DNA from: Octopus vulgaris
Taxonomy: Eukaryota
Assembly: GCA_951406725.2 (NCBI GenBank)
Contig: OX597838.1
Coordinates: forward strand, 17,484,001-17,548,000
Length of the DNA stretch: 64,000 bases
Reading direction: 5' to 3'
The first letter of the stretch is position 1; every line of letters begins with the position of its first letter. A model generated the notes under the pieces. The model made no database searches. It was not told the origin of the DNA and worked only from the letters and a program-made list of their open reading frames with translations. Shown one piece after another: positions 1 to 11,615 of the stretch. Position numbers and translations under genes: made by a program.

Positions 1-190
1 TCCCCCTAGCATTGCTTGACAACCGATGCTGGTGTGTTTATGTCCCCGTCACTTATTAGCGGTTCGGCAAAAGAGACCGATAGAATAAGTACTGGGCTTA
101 CAAAAGAATAAGTCCCGGGGTCGAGTTGCTCGATTAAAGGCGGTGCACCAGCATGGCCGCAGTCAAAATGACTGAAACAAGTAAAAAAAA
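1..190 (+). mobile_element. SINE family A, 3' part (cut by window edge)
   Basis: Matches the 3' half of full copies (e.g. 52800-53208): acaaccgatgctggtg...cagcatggccgcagtcaaaatgactgaaacaagtaaaa. Confidence 0.9.
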
Positions 191-289
191 AAATATATAT
201 ATATATAATTTTGTGTGTTTGTGTGTATGTGTGGGTTTTTTTTTGGTGCTTGTCCTCCACCATCGTTCGACAACCGGTGCACTTCTCCA

Positions 290-680
290 TGTCAGGTGCA
301 TTACTGATTTTCCGTCCGTCACCACTCAGGGAACCATTCAGTCCCGTTGCATGGTTTGAAGCAAGAAACCTGACAGAGGAAAGTTGTAAGTCACTGTGCG
401 CTTCCAACCGGTTAGGTCCGCACTTGTCATCACTCTTCCGTCGCCATAGGACTTCTGGTAGGTAGAATGACGAATGAGTCCACCCTAAAGAGACATCTGT
501 ACATCACTGGATTATAGTGATAACTACTTGTACAACACGAGTACCAATCTCTGAGTTCCCATGATCAGTATCTAATGACAGGCCGAAGCGAGATAACCAG
601 TTAGAACACGAAAACGGATGTTTTACATCAGGAGTCCTAATGTGCAGTCTGTCGTCAATCGAGAATATTTTTGAATCCCG
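290..680. mobile_element. Old dispersed repeat fragment, homologous to 58420-58557 (probable DNA transposon flank)
   Basis: 398-480 tgcgcttccaaccggttagg...gccataggacttctggtaggtagaatgacgaatgag resembles tgcgctttcaactagttaag...gccataggactttcagtcgatagaatgacaaatgag at ~58478-58557. Confidence 0.5.
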
Positions 681-737
681 CGCTCACATAGAATGTCATC
701 ACATATGACATTCTAGCTCAGATAGAATGTCATCACA

Positions 738-1018
738 GGCGGCGAGCTGGCAGAAACGTTAGCACGCCGGGCAAAATGCTTAGCAGTATTTCGTCTGCTG
801 CTACGTTCAGAGTTCAAATTCCGCCGGGGTCGACTTTGCCTTTCATCCTTTCGGGGTCGATAAATTAAGTACCAGTTACGCACTGGGGTCGATGTAATCG
901 ACTTAATACCTATGTCTGTCCTTGTTTGTCCCCTCTGTCTTTAGCCCCTTGTGGGTTATAAAGAAATAGGTATTTCGTCTGCGGTTACGTTCTGAGTTCA
1001 AATTCCGCCGAGGTCGAC
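738..1018 (+). mobile_element. SINE family B (tRNA-like head, gcctttcatcctttcggggtcgataaa central domain) with start of a second body unit
   Basis: ggcggcgagctggcagaaacgttagc head, B-box-like gagttcaaattcc, tail aaagaaata followed by restart at ggtatttcgtctg. Confidence 0.9.
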
Positions 1019-1128
1019 TATATAAAGCGTACATGATATACAAAGACGATATTCATCCAGATGGTATATACACACAGCATAAATCCATTTTTATTATATA
1101 TAGACTATTCGACTTCACACTGAACCCC

Positions 1129-1159
<31 letters not shown>

Positions 1160-1369
1160 CACACACAGATTCGTATATATCATGCAAACACATGCAATTA
1201 CATTCAATGTGAATGTTTCTGTGTGTACATATAAATGTGTGTGTACGTGTGCGTGTGTGAACTTTTCACCCCCTCACTGTTACTCCCTCCTCTCACTTAG
1301 CGGTCATTCAAATAGCTCTTTTGTCTTAATAACGGTCAATTACACAGCAATTTCCCTTTGTTTAACGGT

Positions 1370-1496
1370 CATTTTTCATAGCATTTTCCCGATGGTCGGA
1401 TAACTGAAGAGATGGCGGCGTGGATTTCCACCTCGGCATCCGAAACTCGGAGTTTTATTATGGCTACCGAACAATTGTCACCTATTACATTGACAG

Positions 1497-1497
<1 letters not shown>
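1370..1497 (+). mobile_element. Small Penelope-type element with minimal hammerhead motif (1400-1458)
   Basis: ataa-CTGAAGA-gatg..catc-c-GAAAC-tcgga-GTT-ttat; abuts (TA)n(TG)n; related copies at 6116-6240, 6564-6730, 7835-7935. Confidence 0.7.
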
Positions 1498-1574
<77 letters not shown>

Positions 1575-1622
1575 ACGTGTGTGTGTGTATTTGTGTGCGC
1601 GCACACACGCATACATACATAC

Positions 1623-1920
1623 TATAGCATCAGGTCAACCACAGCCTTGTGAGTGGATTTGGTAGACGGAAACTGAAAGAAGCCTGTTCTATATATGTAT
1701 ATGTATGTGTGTGTGTGTGTGTATGCGTTTGTGTGTCTGTGTTTGTCCCCCCACCATCGCTTGACAACCGATGCTGACGTGTTTGGGTCCCCGTAACTTA
1801 GCGGCTCGGCAAAAGAGACCGATAGAATAAGTCCTGGGGGTCGATTTTGATTCGATTAAAGGCGGTGCTCCAGCATGACCGCTGTCAAATGACTGAAACA
1901 AGTAAAAGAATAAAAAAGAA
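1623..1920 (+). mobile_element. SINE family A, 5'-truncated
   Basis: gccttgtgagtggatttggtagacggaaactgaaagaagcc, internal (TA/TG)n and 3' tail. Confidence 0.9.
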
Positions 1921-2062
1921 AGAATGCTTTTATAACTCATGCATAATACATTTGCTTCTCCTTGTAACTGACCGTATATCTTCATTGTACAGGTTTTCCT
2001 GTTATAGTAGAGATAAATGGTACCTCTCCATAGTACCATGTAATACAGTAAGGACAGTAATC

Positions 2063-3446
2063 TGTGAGGAAGAATCAAAAATTATACGCACTCTTGTTTT
2101 TCAATGTATTTACACAAAAGCAAGGGATAAACAATTACGTCATTTTTCTATATAGGCTCCTTCCTTTTCGATGCACTTGGTCCAACAGCCCACAAGCTTG
2201 CGTATTCACTCCAAAAAGAAGGTTTTCTGTTGGTCGTACAATAATTTATGCACCGCTTCCTTCACATCTTCATCCGTAGGAAATCGACGATCCCGTAAAC
2301 TATCTTTGAGCGGTCCAAAGATATGATAGTCCAAAGAGCGGTCCAAAGATATGATAGTCCAAAGAGCGGTCCAAAGATATGATAGTCCAAAGAGCGGTCC
2401 AAAGATATGATAGTCGGACGGGACGAGATCGGGGTTATAGGCAGGGTGTTCTAGCACCTCAAAACCCATTTGGTTAATAGTTTCAACGGTCTGAGCGGCC
2501 ATGTGTGGGCGTGCATTGTCATACAACAATTCTTTCTTCGACAATAGGCTTCGGGGTTTGGTGCGAATCGCTGGCTTCAGTTTGTTGGCCAGCAAAGCAC
2601 TGTATCCTGCACTGTTGACCGTACACCACTTTTGCAGGTAATCTTCCAGTATAGGCTCTTTGGTATCACCAAAACGGGTTAGCATCACCTTTCCCGCAGA
2701 AGGCTGAGTCTTGAATTTCTTCGTCGCTTGCGAGCCAAAATGTTTCCACTCTATATTCTGTCTTTTGGATTCTGCCTCATAATGATGGACCCACGTTTCA
2801 TCTGTGACTATTCCGCTCAAAAATTCCTCTCCCTCATTGTTGCAACGATCGAATAAATGTTGCTAGACCGCAACACGTTTGCGTTTGTGCCCTGCAGTAA
2901 GCTCCCTTGGTACCCATCTTCCACAGATTTTATGGAAGCCGAGCTCATCGTGGATGATTTGATAGGCAGAGCCATGACTAATCTGCGCAGAACGAGCTAC
3001 TTTAATGATGATAACTCGCCGGTTGACCATTATCATTTCTCGAGTTTGCTGAATCATCTCGTCGGTGGCGGAGGTTGACGGGCGTCCTGCTCCCTCTTCG
3101 TGCGTCACACTTGTCCGGTCACTTTTAAACTACTCGATCCAATCATACACACTTCTACGCGGTAGTGTACTGTCCCCGTATTGTGCTAAAAGCCCCCGGT
3201 GAATTTCAGCACTTGACACGCCTTCCGACCAGAGAAATCGGATCACTGCCCTTTGTTCTTCTTTGGTGCACATTTCTAGAGGAGCGGCCATGCTTACATT
3301 GTAAAGCCAGAGAGAAAAATGGCGCGATCAGGCTCAAACTTCGATCACGTGACCACAACAGTACCAAGTATAAGCACGCATGCGCAAAAGGTAATGTGAC
3401 AAAAGTTATGGCGAAAGTGCGGATGGTTTTTGACTTTGCCTCGTTA
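2063..3446 (-). mobile_element. Full-length decayed mariner (DD34D) transposon, ~1.38 kb
   Basis: Imperfect TIRs: gaggaagaatcaaaaattatacgcact (~2066-2092) vs reverse complement of agtgcggatggtttttgactttgcctc (~3416-3442); transposase remnants inside. Confidence 0.9.
2206..3291 (-). pseudogene. Mariner transposase pseudogene
   Basis: ATG at 3291 (MAAPLEMCTKEEQRAVIRFLWSEG), in-frame TAG at 3130-3132, GRP, WVPREL, DETWVH, DNARPH-(34 aa)-D with YNPDLVPSDY; reading frame also broken near 2820-2863. Confidence 0.92.
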
Positions 3447-3479
3447 CTGAAAATATCTTAAACCCTTTCGCTCCAACAA

Positions 3480-3545
<66 letters not shown>

Positions 3546-3929
3546 ATCCTTTACTTATTTCAGTAATTCAATTGCTGCCAGCCTGGGGTTACTGCCTTGA
3601 GGGAGTTTAGAAGAAAAGATCGACTCCATAACGTATTTTTTTATGTTTCGTACTTACGTATTTTATCGGTCTTTTTGCCGAATCGTCGAGCTACGGGGAT
3701 GTAAACAAACCAACACTGGTTCTCGAGTGGTGATGGTAGTGGAGACAAACACAAACATAAAGACACAAGCACATACACATATATAGATGCGCGCGCACAC
3801 ATGCACACACATATACACACACAGATAAACACACACACTCGCTCACATGTGAGTACATAGGTGCCAAACATGGAGAAGAAAATAGTACTTTAATGCCAGG
3901 GGCAAACTAAAGTCCTATTTAATTTTTAA

Positions 3930-4323
3930 CTAGCAGTATCGCCCGGCGTTGCTCGGGTTTGTAAGGGAAATAACTATAAACCATTTTTAGAGAGTTATAG
4001 CCAAAAAATAGCAAAAAATGCATTAAAAATGGGAAAAAAAATTATGGTAATTTTTTTTTTTAAATCGTTGACTCATCGTAGACATTTTTAGAGAGTTACT
4101 TCCCTTTATTAAAAAAATATGCATTAAAATGGAAAAAAATTATGGTAAATTATTTTTTAAATCATAGACTCATCGTAGACGCGCGCTAATACCCAGAAGG
4201 GCTCGATATGAATCACGACTATAAGATACCCGGCTTTGGTTAAACTGCATCGCAAAATGTGGGAGTAGTTAGGAATCTAAATCGGAGTAGACAGACACAC
4301 AACCTTTCTTTTATATATAAAGA
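3930..4323 (-). mobile_element. Non-autonomous Helitron, copy 1
   Basis: Minus strand starts TC(tttatatataaaa), ends with hairpin cccgagcaacgccggg then CTAG; sits between A and T, no TSD. Confidence 0.85.
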
Positions 4324-4544
4324 TGATGTCAAAATGCCTAACAAACAGTTACTTAGTACTCAGAGTTACGTGCAAACGTTCGTCAGACAGTCGTACATAT
4401 TCAGAATAATGCATTAATATAGAATTTGTAAGTATTTGTAGGTGTTTATGAACGCGCATGGATCAGTGGTTAGAGTGTTAGCAGGAAAGAAACGTGCCTT
4501 TAAGCAGTACAAAAACAACAAAAAATGGAAGGTGCAGTTATGTA

Positions 4545-4760
4545 CAGGTTGACGGAAGAAAAGCAGGACAAAAATTGTTTTATCGATCGCATTCTCACCT
4601 GGAATCGATTTTTGTAATTTTTTTCAAAACTTATACACGCCCTGATACCGTCGGTATTTACGTATCAAATTTGAGCGCAATCGGATGGAGGATGCCCGAG
4701 ATCCGAGAAGACACACACACACATAGACAGACAGACAGAACGGATTTTATATAAGAGATA
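4545..4760 (-). mobile_element. 5' part of a second Helitron-like family (also 61110-61309)
   Basis: Near-identical segment ttctcacctggaatcgattt...gatgcccgagatc...acagacagaacggattttatata in two places; minus strand begins TC(t..tatataaaa). Confidence 0.6.
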
Positions 4761-4921
4761 ATGATGATATATAATAATATAATAACATGTATTGTATTAT
4801 TATATTATTAATTAGAATATTCATCTCTCAGGCATAAAGGCTTTTACTCGATAAACAAAAATAAAATACGAACAATACATTTACCAGTTCTTTCAGTTTC
4901 AAATATAGCGATTATATCTAT

Positions 4922-5071
4922 ATACATACATACATACATACATACATACATACATACATACATACATACATACATACATACATACATACATACATACATA
5001 AATACATACAATACATACATACATACATACATACATACATACATACATACATACATACATACATACATACA

Positions 5072-5103
<32 letters not shown>

Positions 5104-5328
5104 CATACATACATACATACATACATACATACATACATACATACAAACATACATACATACATACATACATACATACATACAAACATACATACATACATAC
5201 ATACATACATACATACATACATACATACATACATACATACAAATATACATACATACATAATACAAACATACATACATACATACATACATACATACATACA
5301 TACATACAAATATACATACATACAAATA

Positions 5329-5356
<28 letters not shown>
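4922..5356. repeat. (TACA)n microsatellite
   Basis: ~430 bp tetranucleotide array. Confidence 0.98.
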
Positions 5357-5359
<3 letters not shown>

Positions 5360-6020
5360 CCATGCGTATGTATTCCCATACATGTAATGGCGTATATACG
5401 AGCATACATATTTGTGTACTTATTTATATCTGCGTATATTTAGAGAGCGGTGGTGACGGAAAAATACACACAATACGAGATATATTGTGATAAAAATCGT
5501 ATAGAACGAAATTTGGCTGTCGAAAATTCGACAATAAAGCTACCAACAAATATGCTGATTTAAAAGATCGATAGTAATTGACAAAGCTTATACGAGATAA
5601 CCATTTAGTGGCATCGGTTCGAAAATTAAGAATTTCGGAGAGTGTCTGCTAAAATTCAGAAGCTCAGTTTCACGATTCAGAGCATATTTTTCTTGGAACA
5701 GTAAAAGGAAGGTACTCTTCACTCAAGCCCAACGAACGCCTCATCGAATTTCGATTCTATCCATGCCTGTAAGTTGTAGCTAGCTTTTTTCCAAAATAGA
5801 CCATTATATGTTAAAGGGAGAAGAACATGTTTATTTTATTTGCCGTAAGTGTTTAGATAGAGACGCTGCTGTCCTGCTCTCAGGATACTTGAATGAATAC
5901 CTGTGTAAATGAATTTTCCTTTCGAAGCTGTTTTCTGTGGTTCCAATACAAGTTTTAGTGGTAGGCGCATTAACAATATGTACCTTATCCCTATATTATA
6001 CACACACACACACATGTATA

Positions 6021-6115
<95 letters not shown>

Positions 6116-6117
<2 letters not shown>

Positions 6118-6240
6118 CTGTAAGTATAATATATGACGATTATTCGGTATCCATGATAAAACTCCGAGTTTCGGATGTCGGGGCGGAAACCCATCGCCGT
6201 CATCTCTTCTGTTATCCGGCCATCGAAAAAATGCTATACA
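6116..6240 (-). mobile_element. Second copy of the 1370-type hammerhead element (core CTGA mutated to CAGA)
   Basis: Minus strand ataa-CAGAAGA-gatg..catc-c-GAAACtcggaGTT-ttat at 6156-6215, flanked by (TA)n. Confidence 0.7.
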
Positions 6241-6446
6241 TATATATATATTATATTATATTATACAATATCATATTATATTATATAATATCATATTATA
6301 TCATTATATTATATTATATTATAGTTTATTATATTCTATCATATTATGCCATCTTATATTAATCCACTATCAGACTTATCTTTGGGTACTTTCTTCTAAG
6401 TGATTAGACAGCTTCTTCCTTTTCAACTTGTCCTACCCTGAAATAT

Positions 6447-6504
<58 letters not shown>

Positions 6505-6563
6505 CGTGTTTGTGTGCGTGTGTGTGTGAGGCATTCAGGTATTGGTGATGCATATGTATATAT

Positions 6564-6730
6564 ATCTGTAAAATAATATGACAATTATTCGGTAGCCAAG
6601 ACAAAAATTCTGAGTTTCGAAACTCAGAGTTTTATCTTGTCACATATCATTTTACAGATAAATTTCCTCTATTTACATAATATTGAGGTCTCTTTCTTTC
6701 TTTTGTTATCTTACTGTTTTTACCAATACA
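6564..6730. mobile_element. Fold-back fragment of the 1370-type element
   Basis: ...tctgagtttc|gaaactcaga... inversion pivot at 6618/6619; arms atctgtaaaat / attttacagat. Confidence 0.65.
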
Positions 6731-7394
6731 TATACACACACGATATGAGATTTCTTTTGTAAATAATGGTGTGTCAGTAAATTACTGGTATTTCTCAGCT
6801 CTGTAAATAGTATATATAGAGAGAAATGTCGACAGAGTCTGCAATTTGATCTTATATCCTTCATCTGCCAGAGAAGCCAACAACAAAAAAAAAAACAACA
6901 AACACTTTCTCTATCATATATACAAGTTCAACAGCTATTAATTTAATTGATAGTGAATGTGTGGTTAATTAATTGATTAATTCATAGAGGGATTGAATAA
7001 TCGATTGATAAAATGAGCGATTTATACAGACGCTGAGTGAGTGATTGATATCGATTAGGTGATAGATTATGTGATTGATTGAATAATTAATAACGTGGAT
7101 GTGTGGGAGAGTAAAAGAAGGATTGAATTATAAATCAGGTTAACGTCTGATTAGTTGGCTAGATAACTGATTTATTGATTTAATTATTATTTAATCGATA
7201 TATGATTGTTGGCATCGCCGTCCTTACATCAGGCTCAGATTCAGATGTGTTTTACTAGAGGTCATCCATCTCGCTGCCAACCAGACTATCTTAGCTTAAT
7301 GCTATTGATCAAATCAACGACTGATAATATGTCAGCCATTTTCTTTTTTTCTTTTTTGCCAAATTAGAAGACAACAGATTAGCGTGATTCGAAA

Positions 7395-7590
7395 AGAGAG
7401 CTTCCACGTGATCACTCGGCTTTCTACATGTAACAACCAAATTGCCCTCATACCACACTCCACCGTCTTCGAAGAAAACATGAAACACTTTGGACTAGAT
7501 AACAAACAAGCGAAGTGATTACGGTTTCAATGGCTTTGATCTAAGCTGTGATCATTCGACGCTAGTTTATGGTTAAACAACAACACAATT
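7395..7590 (+). mobile_element. Ancient dispersed repeat (also ~18060-18175, 28790-28995, 29870-30175, 31015-31165)
   Basis: Shared degenerate motifs gctagaaatagcagcc / ggtcatg..tggaat..tttgatc / ctaaacaacaac. Confidence 0.45.
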
Positions 7591-7791
7591 ATGTTCGGTC
7601 ATTTCTTAATTGTGAAATTAATACATGTTAATTATGCTTTCCCATTAACAACATCCACAATGGATATTAGGATATTACATGAATCTGTCTATATGAGTAC
7701 ACCGAACCAAAAAATATACACAGATGCATGCACAGATAGACACACACATATATTTGTGGATGTTTATACATACATACATTATATATATATA

Positions 7792-7840
<49 letters not shown>

Positions 7841-7935
7841 ATAATATGTGACAATTATTCGGTAGCCATGATAAATTCCTCTATTTACATAATATTGAGG
7901 TCTCTTTCATTCTTTTGTTGTTTTACCATTTCTAT

Positions 7936-8015
<80 letters not shown>

Positions 8016-8017
<2 letters not shown>

Positions 8018-8180
8018 CGGAGTAAACACATAAATGTGAAACAAGGTGGAAAAAGAGTACTCAAATACCAGTGGTAGAGTAATATGCTTTATTTGCTAGC
8101 AAAAACTGTCTGATGAACGGCAACGAGAAACTCAGAGTAACAGATTTTGTTGAATTTTCTGCTGCTTTAAATAAAGTATA
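8016..8180 (+). mobile_element. Penelope-type element in (TA)n with hammerhead (8106-8143) and inverted 5' segment
   Basis: ctgt-CTGATGA-a-cg gcaa cg-a-GAAA-ctc a gag-TA-acag; atatgctttattt (~8082-8094) is inverted relative to aaataaagtatat (~8169-8181). Confidence 0.75.
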
Positions 8181-8193
8181 TATATATATATAT

Positions 8194-8334
<141 letters not shown>

Positions 8335-8571
8335 TCAATGAAGAATAAGAAAATGGAGATATTGAAATTAATAAGAGTTTATTATCAGTAAAAAATCGAC
8401 CATTATCTCTTACAGAGTAGCTAGCTGACCATCTGGTCACAAGCTGGGGTCCGATCAACCCCATCTAGGTCACCTGCAGCAGGATGTATGATGTTGAAAG
8501 ACCCGAAACACCCGATGATACCAGCCACATCACTGAAGATGTGTCCAGATGTATCAGTCGTTGATGTATCT

Positions 8572-8652
8572 ACACAACAGCTGTTTCAATTAAGCTTAGT
8601 GAAGTTAATTGAATATCAAAATCATATTCCTGAGCTTAATCTCTTCAGAGGG
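8572..8652 (-). ncRNA. Hammerhead-like motif with long stem II (degenerate stem I)
   Basis: Minus strand CTGAAGA-gattaagct...agcttaatt-GAAAC-agct-GTT; palindromic AACAGCTGTT helix III. Confidence 0.55.
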
Positions 8653-8987
8653 AATAAAACGATAGACCCTTTGATATATTGTATGTTAGTTATTTGAATC
8701 ATTGGGCAGAGTGAATAATACCTGTTTATGATTAGTAATGGTACATGTCTAGGCGATGGGGTTACAGGTAAGTAATGTGTAAGATATAGTATGCAAGTAT
8801 AATTAGGGTAATGAAGAATAAATAAATAGAGATTAGAGAGTAAACTATAATGTAAATAAAGTACAATATGAATGAGATGAGAAATTAAATTACATTTGTA
8901 GGTTCTTTACAAAATTCAGACAATTTATCTATATATAAAAATATACTCATACTTGCAATCGCGCGATCATACATTCATCTGTTAATT

Positions 8988-9043
<56 letters not shown>

Positions 9044-9467
9044 ATACACACACATGGACATTCACAATTAGTTACATGCATTTACACGCACATATTGATT
9101 GATTCTAGTTTCAGCTCATGAGCTGTGGCCATGCTGTATATATTCATATACATACCTATGAAGGTTTACATGCATACATACATATATACATATATATATG
9201 TATAGGTGTGTGTGTGTGTGTGTTTTGTCTTTGTGTTTTCCCCCACTACCGCCTGACAAGCGATGCTGCTTTGTTTATGTATCCGTAACTTAGAGGTTCG
9301 GCCTAAGAGAGCGATAGAATGAGCACTATGCTTTTATAATAAGTACTTCAGCCGATTCGTTTGAGTACAGCCCTACAAGTCGATACCTTGTCATGACTAC
9401 CTTCCAATGACTGTAACAAATAAAAGATAAATGATAAAGGCACTATATAAATAATAATTTAACATTA

Positions 9468-9631
9468 GGCGTAGGAATGGCTGTGTGGTATGTATCTTGC
9501 TTATCAACCACATGGTTTCACGTTCAGTCCCACTGCGTGGCACCTTGGACAAGTGTCTTCTACTATAGCCTCGGGCCGACCATAGCCTTGTGAGTGGATT
9601 TGGTAGACGGAAACTGAAAAGAAGCTTGTCG

Positions 9632-9668
<37 letters not shown>

Positions 9669-9882
9669 TTGTGTGCCTGTGTTTGTCCCCGCCCAACATT
9701 GCTTGATAACCGATGCTGGTGTGTTTACGTCCCCGTAACTTAGCGGTTCGGTAAAAGAGAACCGATAGAATAAGTACTAGGCTTACAAAGAATAAGTCCT
9801 GGGGGTCGATTTGCTCGACTAAATGCGGTGCTTCAGCATGACTACTGTTAAATTACTGAAACAAGTAAAAGAGCAAAAGAGT
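9468..9882 (+). mobile_element. SINE family A, full length (an older diverged copy lies at ~9200-9430)
   Basis: ggcgtaggaatggctgtgtggt head, gttcagtcccac, ccttggacaagtg, internal (TG)n, tail gtaaaagag. Confidence 0.92.
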
Positions 9883-9899
9883 ATTGGCAATAATTTAAA

Positions 9900-10289
9900 G
9901 AATAATAAAAGCAGTCGAAAACTATTTACTTATTTTTGATTGACGTTTCGGGTGTCAATAATTCGCCATAAATTTCTTACTTGGTGACAAGAAGTTGTGT
10001 TGTTATTACTTATGTTGTCTTACCATTAGTTGTTTATTTGTACATTGTTTTTTTTTAGTATGGAATATATGTGTGAAATTTCTACCCCTACATAAGAGTA
10101 TGCTTTCGTTTATTCGATTTAGTACTTTATTATCCGTTAGACGTATCTTAAGTGACTCGATCAAACAACACCTACATTCTCTTTCGTTAACTTTATATGT
10201 TGGAGTTGTGGGTATAATGCTCCATTGCAGTTTGAAATTTATTAACGGAAATCTGGGTTATACTATCAAAATATGTATAGAGTTTGAAG

Positions 10290-10340
<51 letters not shown>

Positions 10341-10533
10341 CGGGAAGGTTTACGAAAATAGACAAAAGACGAAGGCAGGTGGAGTACAAACAAACCAATG
10401 TATTAGTATGGCGCTCAGGAATAGAAATAGAACAAGTCTTTTACGTTTCGAGCCTACGCTCTTCGACAGAAAGATACACAGAAAAAAACAAGGAGAGAAA
10501 AAATGCGTGTAGGAGCTAACGATCTATCATGGC

Positions 10534-10580
<47 letters not shown>

Positions 10581-11000
10581 GCATTCTGTTAGGGATATTG
10601 TATTGCTTAATTTTCTTCTTTTTTTTGTTAGTAAATGTATGTTTGAGCATATAACATTTCTTATAAGTATTCGCAGTAGACCAGACATAATATCTGTTGG
10701 TAGCTTGGGTAAAGACACTGCGTTTTTAGAGTACATTACCTATTAGGCCCATATCTTCAAGGGGACATTGAGTGGCTGACCTACACTCACATGAAAGTGA
10801 GTTGATTTGAGATTTTTTTTTTCCAGAACCCAGCACACTTTTATTTTTCTTCACTGAAGTGAAGTTGCTTTCTTATCCATTTTTATGTTTTAAGTACAAT
10901 GAAATGCCAATTGCCCTGGCTTGCATTGCATAATCTAACCATAATCTTCGCTGAAAAATTGTGTAAGATTACGTTAATAAATAACCAGTCAACCTACTCC
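9900..11000 (-). pseudogene. Decayed Penelope-like element, GIY-YIG endonuclease end (Naiad-like)
   Basis: Minus-strand translations: YYVWSTANTYKKCYMLKHTF (~10630-10695) and FKLQWSIIPTTPTYKVNERECRCCLIESLKIRLTDNKVLNRINESILLCR (~10085-10240); downstream GAAACGTC half-hammerhead at ~9940. Confidence 0.65.
10340..10534 (-). mobile_element. ~200-bp TA-inserted element with hammerhead-like motif (10437-10474)
   Basis: Minus strand tcttt-CTGTCGA-a-gagc gtag gctc-GAAAC-GTA-aaaga; (TA)n on both sides. Confidence 0.7.
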
Positions 11001-11184
11001 AGTTTTGCTTTTTCTGTATCTGTAACTGGTGTATATTAACGACAGATTTATCCCCACATTTAAGTGAGGATAAATATTACCTCTCAGCACCTATAACTGT
11101 CTACTTATCAATCCATCCATCCATCCATCCATTCGTCCGTCCGTCTGTCTGTCTGTCTGTCTGTCCTTCTGTCTATCTATCTAT

Positions 11185-11394
11185 CATCGCCATGTTGATT
11201 CGCTAGCCTCTGCACGCATTTTTTTCTCTCCTTGTTTCTCTCCGTGTTTCTTTTCTGTGTATCTTTCTGTTGAAGAGCGTAGGCTCGAAACGTAAAAGAC
11301 TTATTTTATTTATATTCCTGAGCGCCATACTAATACAATTGTTTGTTTGTATTCCACCTGCCTTCGTCTTTTGTTTATTTTCATAAAGCTTCCC

Positions 11395-11396
<2 letters not shown>
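11185..11396 (+). mobile_element. Second copy of the same element, opposite orientation (motif 11262-11299)
   Basis: tcttt-CTGTTGA-a-gagc gtag gctc-GAAAC-GTA-aaaga; remainder matches the reverse complement of 10340-10534. Confidence 0.7.
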
Positions 11397-11440
<44 letters not shown>

Positions 11441-11444
<4 letters not shown>

Positions 11445-11615
11445 TTTTATTCTTTTACTTGCTTCAGTCATTTGACTGCGGCAATGCTGCAGCACTGCCT
11501 TTAGTCGAACGAATCGACCCAAAGGACTTATTCTATCAGTCCCTTTTGTCAAACCGCTAAGTTAATCGGTTGTCAAGCGATGGTGGGAAGACAAACACAG
11601 ACACACAAACATACG
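11441..11615 (-). mobile_element. SINE family A 3' fragment
   Basis: ttttacttgcttcagtcatttgactgcggcaatgctg. Confidence 0.8.

Noticed and set aside
684-737. Small direct plus inverted repeat (tagaatgtcatcaca)
   Set aside because: Most simply a repair or duplication scar at the SINE B insertion edge.
2308-2415. 28-bp direct repeats as CRISPR
   Set aside because: Contiguous tandem units without spacers, inside a transposase.
4844-5409. Long ORFs of MYVC/HTYI type (also 22550, 27340, 56300, 63500)
   Set aside because: Translations of stop-free microsatellites.
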